Shown here piece after piece: positions 11,801 to 17,817 of a stretch of DNA of 64,000 bases (position 1 is the stretch's first letter; every line of letters begins with the position of its first letter). The DNA comes from Bacteroidota bacterium (GTDB taxonomy: Bacteria > Bacteroidota > Rhodothermia > Rhodothermales > JANQRZ01), in assembly GCA_038746285.1 (NCBI GenBank), contig JBCDKT010000013.1, forward strand, positions 13,126-77,125, written 5' to 3'. The translations under genes were made by a program, and so were the position numbers. The notes beneath the pieces were generated by a model. That model made no database searches. It had not been told where the DNA came from and worked only from the letters and a program-made list of their open reading frames with translations.

Positions 11801-12261
11801 GCGATCCGCCAGTCGGACGAGGTGACATACAACACAGGGTTAGACGCTGTCCCGGCCACGAGGATGCCCGTGACCTGCCGCTTGTTCGTCGCGTTGGCCG
11901 CGCCGTCGTCGTTGTGGTTGGGGACGTTGTTCTTGATCAGGTTGATCGTCTCCGTCGCCGTGACGTCGTAGTCGTTGGTGCTGTTGCGCGCGATGGTGTA
12001 GGCGTAGATCGTCGCGTCCTGCTGCGAGACGTAGAGCCGCTCGTCCGGCCCGAACTGCAGCGAGGTCGGATTGTTGGAACTCTCCCCGCTGAGGCCGCTT
12101 GACCCGAAGTTGACCGTCTGCGCCTGCACAGCAGGGAAGAGTGCTAGGAGCATGCACACGGTGCGGATCAGCCTCGCGGAGCCGCAACACCGAGCGCCGA
12201 AGGGGTTAGCGTGAGGCTGATGGGTTTCCGGCGCGAACCGGAGCAAGGAGGCAGAAAGCAT
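2854..12261 (-). CDS. Giant T9SS-secreted protein: PQQ-dependent sugar dehydrogenase-like propeller, Ca-binding Asp-rich repeats, 3 malectin domains, putative Ig/cadherin-like domains, CBM-like domain, T9SS CTD
   Basis: ORF of 3188 aa at maximum (to 12420); start more likely ATG 12261 or 12153 (MLLALFPAVQAQ). Motifs GFRNAYDV (GSDH-like GxRNP), DADADGY/DDDDGDGILD, three (LF/LY/LH)RVN(A/N/V)GG malectin starts, C-terminal YPNPFRRQATVSFDLP..LYDVLGRRV. Confidence 0.85.
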   Translation of the reverse strand: MLSASLLRFAPETHQPHANPFGARCCGSARLIRTVCMLLALFPAVQAQTVNFGSSGLSGESSNNPTSLQFGPDERLYVSQQDATIYAYTIARNSTNDYDVTATETINLIKNNVPNHNDDGAANATNKRQVTGILVAGTASNPVLYVTSSDWRIAVGNDSGLDTNSGVLTRLTCSGGMSGGACQGWDEVDLVRGLPRSEENHSTNGLDLDESTNTLYVMSGGHANKGAPSNNFSGTPEYYLSAALLSVDLDALDAMPVYTDPRSGRSFVYDLRTLDDPQRANIDNTSPDFPYPVGHPLYASEVDPGDPFGGNNGLNQAIPEPGGPVQIYAPGFRNAYDVVFTQAGELYTSDNGPNGGWGGTALVYDNGGTLKGSAPGIFNQAAGDYCTNEFNEANSNTHGDPLFHISGPGFYGGHQAPIRAFPDKAGVILYEEISGSWVETASYNFADLLPADLSISDFPGNPIECEYSANDPNKYLDIVNASTNGITEYTASNFNGALEGNLLTASFNGNIYRYELNAAGDDVVTEESLFSGFGSQPLDVIAQGDGDIFAGTVWAVTYGANNITVFEPQDFGACDTSDPSADADADGYTNGDEADNGTNACSGGSKPNDFDGDLVSDLNDDDDDGDGILDVVDVFALDADNGTATGLPANFPLWNNDPGTGLFGLGFTGLMLPEDGTTTWLDLFDENNLAAGGATGKLTVEAVPHGDTYQNENAGEYGFLFGVDLDTTSPAFVVRTQLEPPFFAVNGSPSTPTDWQSFGMFVGTGDQDNFVKVVFNANGGNGGVEVAKEVGGSASGSQYDNGDWGGADILASSEVDLYLLIDPQALTAQPQASVDGGATVYDLGSPVSIPAAWLDPNDGQGLAVGTIATANSPGDNAPEFGATWDLFEVYEAPSETAALVQVTPTGTINKSTFSSNSLFVENLSAAANITSVTFDVSTAALQDVVFDPNGTAGDATSKDLSIDSQTGGDSSVGFDNHTFSSPNDGGFAGLTITFTDFEPGETVGFSIDMDPTTINGTSAPGPGESGSVSGLELTGSTVTVAFSDGSTQTATLFRGAEGDGTGASTTVSGAENLVRTPEPAGATVDVDGVALSTPGGVPSHFKTATVGQAQQTIRVDAPVGSTVRLLAFESALFEQAGGGNDVDPFETNSFTAVDEQTATVTSPGGVDFTVTLAPVDENASATTTHNIFVAAVEDPADGMTGPVSDVVVLAYDPTIQPAVLFRVNAGGALVAATDGEIDWIADQGSGGSEYLVQGGGMTNGFPTASLDASVPAGTPSALYATERWDPSGAPEMLYSFPTGNGDFAVRLYLKNGFGGTSGPGDRVFDINLEGGSPPEIAGLDLSATYGHQVGAMIEVPITVADGTLDIEFIHDVENTLINAIEILGGGSPVANNAPVLDPIGDQASQEGDVSALTVTATDPDAGQNLTYAAAGLPAGLDIEPTNGQVFGTIAVGAAAGSPYTVTVTVTDDGSPALSDSETFMWTVTAAGTSTVLYRVNNGGPQLAATDGGPAWGEDQAATGSGANGSASVGTPSPYLDLTPPAVDKTFGPTGFSITNSTGAPDDLFAHERFSDAANPDNMGWDFPVADGSYEVNLYFAENWSGASNPGVRVFDVQIEGVTELDDYDPYVAAGNQINVATKETFVVAVSDGTLDIDFVKGAQNPALKGIEIVSITGTANNAPVLDPIDDVSLTAGDEVTNIAVSATDADAGDTIALSVEVVDDGDSSVVPDTDYTFTDNGDGTGFFTWPTQSGDAGSYTATVTATDGIDPATESFAITVVPHIPTITLVSPADGATITADSITVTWTTTQLLESDHVHAQLDTEPHIGSLPQNGSYTFTGVAPGQHTITVRVAEVNHGEYQNPEAIQTITVTVAEPAPAVVLHRVNVGGALVAAADGSSPDWTKDQGNFGNAGNSPFLVAMSTGGSTYNGNAGSAHPGPIVMTHPSLPAGVPASLFNFERYDAASAPEMQWAFPNIDPGTTIEVRLFFAELFSGVDAPGERVFDVEVEGVVPAAFDGIDAIAEAGPKGAFMRTHTLVVSDGTLDLTFIHDVENPALKGIEVLAVNVGPNNAPLVTNPGDQNNAEGDTVSLQIDASDDDGPQALAYSATDLPLGLSIDPATGLISGTIASGTMGSGAFQEQGGLVVIELESADNRPSNWVLGPDENPTSPNINNPGNATGGQFLVWEGSQFFGSPGNGLMTFPVEISTPGTYQFQWRNQVGNGTNATEHNDTWLKIEADAFYGEKGSGSIVCPKGYDPAENDCTGGVPEGSGSGGWFKVYSSGANNWSWSTNTSDNDAHQIYARFDAAGVYNILVSARSSSHVIDRMVMAEAGYSGNPTDTSLPESPRATGADGAAAGSPYDVTVAVTDGAATTEVEFVWTVGEPVPVTNPSAFVEVTPGAGLGASTFNNNSFFITNTGDVDITNVTVDASTAFMPDVVFDPVGKAGDNGAKCLTAGSAGDTAAEVGITVPANGGSGSDPDCVDVFAQPHNGVDDEEGYDVLTLDFTDFNPAEVFAFGVDMDPTSIKGDLSTGDAGSISGFENVGATVTVTFADGSVLASSLFDEGSLGGAQAVIAPDSSMAPVLGTAAALTPLDGDRAAASVTDAAQTITVAGEAGAAFTLLQVDARLYIDPGNPTVGYDVDPFEANEAVAKVLYTGTLDGTGAASVPVTLLETPGSGSAPDGGLNHFIAVVDGQGEQTSQTSNVLILELGDTAAFPVAYAEGWNLVSLPAEVPDPGYLAVFEGGAGGDPQSPVFVVENTFFEFDGAYTTPDPAELTIGRGAWLKFQQAASFNLEGTPVLSDTLAFGGAGWALVGPPSCAVPASTLNDHPSIVSGTVYGFDGAYFVASTLTPGDGYWVKVADGASAFDLPVSCAVARPSATQPVLADNARPVQTASLKGETAQRKGAASQAAGTTAASRTEEALSGFSALRIADAAGYERTLHFGRSLDEETEAAQFALPPLPPAGAFDARFAGDARLAEATEATVLVQTAAYPLTVEVDGAEAEYELDVLVEGTVAATYTVASGTAVEIAEAGTTLQVRPKSEALPETFALNGAYPNPFRRQATVSFDLPEQAEVRLTLYDVLGRRVMETEGTLEAGAAHQLEIRAASLASGVYVFQLEAAMPSETVVETGRLTLVK

Positions 12262-12479
12262 GAGATTGATGGCCTTGGCCGCAGTGCCACGCCGACTGTG
12301 CGAACACGGCGTAGCGGTGACTGTGGCGTGATCTTTTGTCACGCGCAAATGTTGGACTTTTCGCTGGCTTTCAAGGAGCGGTGAGCCTGCAGAGTCAGCG
12401 ACAGTTGCCGCCGCGGACAATGCTGTTCCTACGCCAGGGAATGCTCCATAGGAGGATGCAAGTTGTAGAGTCCCCGTTA

Positions 12480-12740
12480 CATCCTTCCCCTGTGAACACT
12501 GTCATGGTATGCCCCTATTCACTCTGAGTCAACTCCTTAGACACCGTAGCACTGACTAATTTTTCTGATACCCTTGCTAGGCTTAGCTCTTGAATCCATG
12601 CACCTCAAGTTTTGCTTTAACCTTATTAACACTATAATCGATGTAGAGTAATCTTTTGGATTATTTAGTTTACCTGGATGAATCTTCTTTTGGTTTGTTT
12701 ATCTGTAGCATTAGGCTCTGGACCACTGCGCTTCTGGATG
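12480..12740. other. AT-rich intergenic segment (probable promoter region between divergent blocks)
   Basis: Visibly much lower GC than the flanks; contains TATAAT at 12633-12638 but no well-spaced -35. Confidence 0.5.
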
Positions 12741-13230
12741 ATGTCCGTGTAACCGAAAGCGCACTCGCCTCGGGTCAGGATACTCTCCTGGGGGGAAACA
12801 CCTTCGAACGTCGCCCGGCACGCTCGGCAGCAAGCAACCGGGAAAGACCAGTACCTTTCACTGCTGGGACCGCAGCCGGTGCTGAGTTTCAAAGCGGGAC
12901 AGACGAGTTAGGCGAGCGTCTCTCTGCGCGCGGGTCCTGTCGAGAACTGGTTCTGGGAACGTGCTGCGCCGCCTGTGCGGGCGGGCTAAGCAGTCAAGGA
13001 TACCGGCCGCCCTCCACGGTGTGGTTCGTCGTGCCGGGCGCGGCTTTGGTGCCGGTGAAGCCCCTTGCCCCGGCGACGTGCGGAGCTGCGTCGAGGATCG
13101 CGAGTTGATTGCGAGCGAGACCGTGCCTGCGCAGGGCACGAGTAGGTCGGTCGCGCCGGATTGTCGTTGCTCTCCTCCCCGGTAGCTTGCCGTCACGTTC
13201 CTGTCTCGTCGCGTCACGCGCAGACGGCAG

Positions 13231-13275
13231 GAGCAGCCATACTAGACAGGCTGCTCGTATCGTATACTGACTACC
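13231..13275 (+). promoter_or_regulatory. Putative promoter/operator of the metal operon: 8-10-8 inverted repeat plus TATACT -10
   Basis: gagcagcc (13231-38) N10 ggctgctc (13249-56); TATACT at 13263-68, 7 nt before ATG 13276. Confidence 0.4.
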
Positions 13276-13623
13276 ATGGGTGCACGTCGTCCTTTCTTTG
13301 CGTCGGTCCTCCTGGCGATCACCCTCGTGGGTGGTACGCTCGGCCCTGCTGCGCACTGGGCGAGCCACGGGCTGGAAGAGCACGAGGCTCCGGCTGCGGT
13401 CCCCGGCGACGTCGGCAGCGCAGCCTCCGGCGGCGAGGACGACCACGCCGGCACCTGCCTCGGCTGTGCGCATCTCCAGCGGGTGCTCGGTGCCGAGCCG
13501 GCCGCGCTTCCGTCTTTCACGGGGGCCGCCTGGTTCGAGCAGGCGGTCCCGGCGCAGGAAGCACCGGCATTCCAGCACAACGTCGCCACGCCGAAGGAAC
13601 GTGGCCCCCCGGCTGGGGCGTAA
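13276..13623 (+). CDS. DUF2946-like leader peptide (N-terminal TM/signal, His-rich, CxxC, C-terminal RGPP)
   Basis: 115 aa: hydrophobic N-terminus, HWASHGLEEH, HAGTCLGCAH, ends KERGPPAGA; first gene of a metal-uptake operon. Confidence 0.75.
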   Translation: MGARRPFFASVLLAITLVGGTLGPAAHWASHGLEEHEAPAAVPGDVGSAASGGEDDHAGTCLGCAHLQRVLGAEPAALPSFTGAAWFEQAVPAQEAPAFQHNVATPKERGPPAGA

Positions 13624-13891
13624 CCCTCGGCGAGCCTCCAGCGTCAGCGCGCCGCGCGTGACCACCGAGCCGGGCTCCGTCCGGCTCCAGGCAGAGGCAG
13701 CAGTGAAGCGCACCGTCGGGCCCTGTTGCTCCCCGTGCGCGCCGCTCGCCATCCGGCGAGCCTCCCTCACTTCTGCCTAACCTCCTCCCGCGTCCGCGCT
13801 CTGGCCGAGGCCGGTTGCCCCGGCCGCCCCTCGCTCGCTTCACTGACCTTCCACCGGCCGCGCTCGCGCGCGGCGACGGCGTGCAGGCGTC

Positions 13892-14599
13892 ATGGTCCTT
13901 CTCGAACGCGTACGGCACCGGTACGGCCGGACCGCCGTCCTCGACCTTCCTCATCTCAGCATTGCCCAGGGCGAGTACCACCTCGTGCTCGGCCGCTCGG
14001 GCAGCGGCAAGACGACGCTGCTCCACGTCCTGGCCGGCCTGCTCCGTCCGAGCGAGGGCCGCGCCGTGGTGGCGGGCGAGGATCTCGGCGCGCTCGGCAG
14101 CGACGCGCTCGACCGCTTCCGGGGCCGGCACATCGGAATCATCTTTCAGCAGATGCACCTTCTGCCGACACTGACGGTGGAGCAGAACCTGCTGCTTGCG
14201 CCCTACCTGGCCGGGCTACCGCAGGACGAGGGCCGCGCGCGCGCCGTGCTCGGCAGCCTCGACGTGGGCGAGAAGGCGGGGGCCTACCCGCACGAACTCT
14301 CGCTCGGGCAGCGGCAGCGCGTCGCGATTGCGCGGGCGGTGATGAACCGGCCCCGCCTCCTCCTGGCCGACGAGCCGACCTCCAGCCTCGACGACCGACG
14401 GGCCGAGCAGGTGCTCGGGCTGCTGCGCGAGCAGGCCGCGGAGCACGAGGCCACGCTCGTCGTCGCCACGCACGACGCGCGCATCGTGGGGGCCTTCGAG
14501 CACCGGCTCGACCTCGACGCCGCGCCAGCGGCCCCGAACGGCACGACCGAAGCCGAGGACGCGCTCGGCCCCTCTGCAGACCAGCGGCAGCGACCATGA
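13892..14599 (+). CDS. ABC transporter ATP-binding protein (LolD/MacB-like)
   Basis: Walker A GRSGSGKT, LSLGQRQR signature, LLLADEPT Walker B; ATGA overlap with the next gene. Confidence 0.95.
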   Translation: MVLLERVRHRYGRTAVLDLPHLSIAQGEYHLVLGRSGSGKTTLLHVLAGLLRPSEGRAVVAGEDLGALGSDALDRFRGRHIGIIFQQMHLLPTLTVEQNLLLAPYLAGLPQDEGRARAVLGSLDVGEKAGAYPHELSLGQRQRVAIARAVMNRPRLLLADEPTSSLDDRRAEQVLGLLREQAAEHEATLVVATHDARIVGAFEHRLDLDAAPAAPNGTTEAEDALGPSADQRQRP

Positions 14600-16029
14600 A
14601 CCTCGTCAAGCTCAGCGCCTCCTACCTCCGCCAGCGCCCGCTCAGCAGCGTGCTGAACGTGCTCATCCTCGCGCTCGGCATCGCGACCATCATCGTGCTC
14701 CTGATCGTGAGCGACCGCGTCGAGCAAAACCTGGTGCGCAACGCCCAGGGGATCGACCTCGTGGTCGGTGCGAAGGGAAGCCCGCTCCAGCTCATCCTCT
14801 CGTCGGTCTACCACATCGACGCCCCGACGGGCAACATCCCGCTCGCCGAAGCCGAAGCCATCATGGCGGACCGGGCCGTCGCCGAGGCGATGCCGCTCGC
14901 CCTCGGCGACTCCTACCGGGGGTTCCGCGTCGTCGGCGCGACGCCGGCCTACGCCGATCACTACGGGGGCGAGGTCGAGCGCGGGGCGCTGTGGTCGGGC
15001 ACGATGGGCGCTACGCTCGGCGCGGCCGTGGCGGGCGAGACCGGGCTCGACGTGGGCGACACGTTCCAGAGCGCCCACGGCCTCGGGGCCGGCGGCGAGA
15101 CGCACGACGAGCACCCCATCGAGGTCGTCGGCGTGTTCGCCGAGACCGGCACCATCCTGGACCGGCTCATCCTGACGAGCATCGAGACGGTGTGGGACGT
15201 GCACGGTGCCCACGGTCACGACCACGACGGGGAGCACGCTCACGACGAAGGTCACGACGAAGGTCACGACGGCGAACACGCCCATGACGACGAGGCGGAG
15301 CACGCCCACGACGAGGAGCATGGGCACGACGAGGAGCACGCCCACGACGAGGATCATGCGCACGATGATGAACATGCGCACGAAGACGAACCCGCCGAAG
15401 TCCGGGCCGCCTCACCTCCGGCCGGCACCGTGCCCGGACCGCCGGGCCCGACCGGCTTCGCTGGGCAGACCCCGGAGGCCCCGGCCCAGGAGTACACCGC
15501 CGTCCTGATCCGCTACGCCTCGCCGCTGGCGGCCCTCTCGTTCCCGCGCTACGTCAACACGCAGACCGACCTCCAGGCCGCCGCCCCGGCGTTCGAGACC
15601 GCGCGCCTGTTCGACCTCCTCGGCGTCGGCTTCGGCGCGGTCCGGGCCTTCGGGCTCGTACTCATCTTCGTGGCCGTGCTGAGCGTCTTCGTGGCGCTCC
15701 TGAACGCGCTCAAAGACCGGCGCTACGACCTGGCGATGATGCGAACGCTGGGGGCGTCGCGGCGTAAGCTGATGGCGCACGTCCTGCTCGAAGGCCTACT
15801 GCTGGCCGGCCTCGGGACGCTGCTGGGCCTCGTGCTCGGCCACCTCGCGGCGGCGGGCCTGGGCGGAGCCGTCGAGCGCGCGCAGGGCCTCGACCTGGGC
15901 GGCTTCGCCTTCGTTCCCGGCGAGTTCCTCGTCGTCGCGCTCGCGCTCGCGGCCGGCGTCGTGGCGGCGCTCGTGCCGGCCTACCAGGCCTACCGCACCG
16001 ACATCGCCCGCACCCTGGCGCGGGGCTGA
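14596..16029 (+). CDS. FtsX/MacB-type ABC permease (PA4065/Zrg-like) with His/Asp/Glu-rich insert
   Basis: MNLVKLSASYLRQRP start at 14596 inside the track ORF 13726..16029; DLVVGAKGSPLQLILSSVYH motif, 4-TM layout, RRYDLAMMRTLGA. Confidence 0.9.
   Translation: MNLVKLSASYLRQRPLSSVLNVLILALGIATIIVLLIVSDRVEQNLVRNAQGIDLVVGAKGSPLQLILSSVYHIDAPTGNIPLAEAEAIMADRAVAEAMPLALGDSYRGFRVVGATPAYADHYGGEVERGALWSGTMGATLGAAVAGETGLDVGDTFQSAHGLGAGGETHDEHPIEVVGVFAETGTILDRLILTSIETVWDVHGAHGHDHDGEHAHDEGHDEGHDGEHAHDDEAEHAHDEEHGHDEEHAHDEDHAHDDEHAHEDEPAEVRAASPPAGTVPGPPGPTGFAGQTPEAPAQEYTAVLIRYASPLAALSFPRYVNTQTDLQAAAPAFETARLFDLLGVGFGAVRAFGLVLIFVAVLSVFVALLNALKDRRYDLAMMRTLGASRRKLMAHVLLEGLLLAGLGTLLGLVLGHLAAAGLGGAVERAQGLDLGGFAFVPGEFLVVALALAAGVVAALVPAYQAYRTDIARTLARG
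15202..15390 (+). repeat. Degenerate ~18-bp repeats encoding a (HAHDEE)n tract, 20 His in 63 aa
   Basis: HGAHGHDHDGEHAHDEGHDEGHDGEHAHDDEAEHAHDEEHGHDEEHAHDEDHAHDDEHAHEDE. Confidence 0.95.
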
Positions 16030-16057
16030 CTCTCTCCTCAACCACTGGAGCTTCCGT

Positions 16058-16606
16058 ATGCCTCTCTTCTCCTCGATCCTACAGCCGGTCGGCTACGCGC
16101 TGGCGCTGGCCGCTCTCTTCTTTGCCGCGTGGTTCACCGGCGTCGGGCCGGGCTGGGCCAGCGAAACCGCACAGGGGTCCGCGACGGCGACGGGCCGCGT
16201 CGTCAACGGGGGATGGGACGCCCCGCTTCTCCAGCCGGACGACCCGACCTGGCAACTGCTGATGCAGGCGGACTTCCAGCAGACCGAGACGCCCGAGGGG
16301 GTGCGTTGGCTGCCGACGTTTCCCCCGGAGGTCGAGGAACTCGACGGGACCGTCGTCCGCCTCAGCGGCTACATGATCCCGCTTGGGCTGGAGGAGGAGC
16401 AGACCGACTTCCTCATCAGCGCCTTCCCCGGCGACGGGTGCTTCTTCCACCTCCCCGGCGGGCCGAACTCGGTCATCGAGGTCAAGGCCGAGCGCGGGGT
16501 GGGGTTCACCTACGACACGATCCCCGTCGAGGGCCGCCTGGAGCTGCTCCGCGATGACCCCTACGGCCTGTTCTACCGCATGACCGAGGCGAGGCAGGTG
16601 AAGTGA
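16058..16606 (+). CDS. DUF3299 family protein (PA4066-like)
   Basis: LDGTVVRLSGYMIPL, FPGDGCFFH, VEGRLEL; follows the ATPase and permease as in Zrg/PA4063-66 loci. Confidence 0.8.
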   Translation: MPLFSSILQPVGYALALAALFFAAWFTGVGPGWASETAQGSATATGRVVNGGWDAPLLQPDDPTWQLLMQADFQQTETPEGVRWLPTFPPEVEELDGTVVRLSGYMIPLGLEEEQTDFLISAFPGDGCFFHLPGGPNSVIEVKAERGVGFTYDTIPVEGRLELLRDDPYGLFYRMTEARQVK

Positions 16607-16627
16607 CGCCTTTCACCCAAACGACCT

Positions 16628-17803
16628 ATGCTTGACTGGCTCATCGTCGGCGGGGGCGTCCACGGCACGCACCTCTCGCACGTACTCACCGGCCGCCTCG
16701 GCTGGCCGCGCGACCGGGTGCGCGTGCTCGACCCCCACGCCACGCCCCTGGCGCGGTGGAACGGGATGACGGCGAACGTGGGCATGGACTTCATGCGGTC
16801 GTCGCTCGTCCACCACCTCGACCTCGACCCGTACGCGCTCAAGCGGTTCGCGAAGACGCCGGACGGACAGCCGGCGGCCCGGTTCGCCCGGCCCTACAAC
16901 CGTCCGGCGTACGCGCTCTTCCAGCACCACGCGCGGTGCGTGGTCCGGCAGCACAGGCTCGGCGGGCTCCGCGTGCGGGGGCGCGCACGCGGGCTCCAGC
17001 GTGCGGGGGGCGGCTGGCTGGTGGAGACGAAGGCCGGCACGCTGGAGGCGCGGCGGGTGCTGCTCGCGCTCGGGCTGAGCGAGCAGCCGTGCTGGCCGGA
17101 CTGGGCGCGGGCGCTGCGCGCCGCGGGCGGCCCCGTGCATCACCTTTTCGATGAGACCTTCCAGCGCGAGGCGCTGCCTGGATGGCGACATGCCGTTGTA
17201 GTGGGAGGCGGCATTTCGGCCGTTCAGGTGGCTCTCGCGTTGGCAGATCGGCAGCCCGGCTCGGTCACGCTCCTGGCCCGGCACGAGGCCCGCGTCCACC
17301 ACCTCGACAGCGACCCAGGGTGGATGGGGCCGAAGCGCCTCGCGACCTTTTCTCGGCAGCCGTGCTCGGTGCAGCGCCGCTCCACCATCGACCGCGCCCG
17401 GCACCGCGGCTCGGTGCCGCCGGCTGTGCAGCGCCGCCTCGGCTACGCCGTCGCCGAGGGTCGGCTGGCGCACCGCATCGCCGAGGTGGCCGACGCCGAG
17501 ACCGGGCCGGCGGGCCTCGTGCGGCTCCGCCTCGGTGCGCCGCCGGGTGCGCTCGCCGCCGATCTCGTTGTGCTCGCGACGGGCTTCGAGGCGCAGCGTC
17601 CGGGCGGGCCGTGGCTGGACGCCGCTGTGGAAGCGCTCGGGCTTCGGTGCAGCGTCTGCGGCTACCCCGTCACCGACGCCGCACTCCGCTGGGCCGACGG
17701 CCTCTACGTCACCGGCCCGCTCGCCGAACTCGCGCTCGGCCCCGTCGCCCGCAACATCGTCGGCGCGCGCCTCGCCGCCGAACGCCTCGCCCACGCCGCC
17801 TGA
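16628..17803 (+). CDS. FAD/NAD(P)-binding oxidoreductase (N-hydroxylase-like fold)
   Basis: IVGGGVHG and VVGGGISA dinucleotide motifs, LVVLATG, LYVTG. Confidence 0.8.
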   Translation: MLDWLIVGGGVHGTHLSHVLTGRLGWPRDRVRVLDPHATPLARWNGMTANVGMDFMRSSLVHHLDLDPYALKRFAKTPDGQPAARFARPYNRPAYALFQHHARCVVRQHRLGGLRVRGRARGLQRAGGGWLVETKAGTLEARRVLLALGLSEQPCWPDWARALRAAGGPVHHLFDETFQREALPGWRHAVVVGGGISAVQVALALADRQPGSVTLLARHEARVHHLDSDPGWMGPKRLATFSRQPCSVQRRSTIDRARHRGSVPPAVQRRLGYAVAEGRLAHRIAEVADAETGPAGLVRLRLGAPPGALAADLVVLATGFEAQRPGGPWLDAAVEALGLRCSVCGYPVTDAALRWADGLYVTGPLAELALGPVARNIVGARLAAERLAHAA

Positions 17804-17817
17804 CTCCGACCTGCGAC

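Noticed and set aside
3442-12102. Long plus-strand ORFs (795 aa, 1131 aa) and similar ones elsewhere (31555..35169, 44329..47268, 47594..50005)
   Set aside because: Antisense shadows of real genes, expected from high-GC codon bias; they are Arg/Gly/Val-rich with no motifs
12740-12960. Possible SAM-I or cobalamin riboswitch (GCAACC...GGTGC, GGGAA)
   Set aside because: The other conserved elements and spacing are missing; only short chance-level matches
12656-13217. ORFs 12656..13108 (+) and 12858..13217 (-)
   Set aside because: No recognisable motifs, atypical codon usage and weak starts
13726-14595. 767-aa permease with a long N-terminal extension
   Set aside because: The extension overlaps the ATPase in another frame; the real start is ATG 14596 (ATGA coupling)
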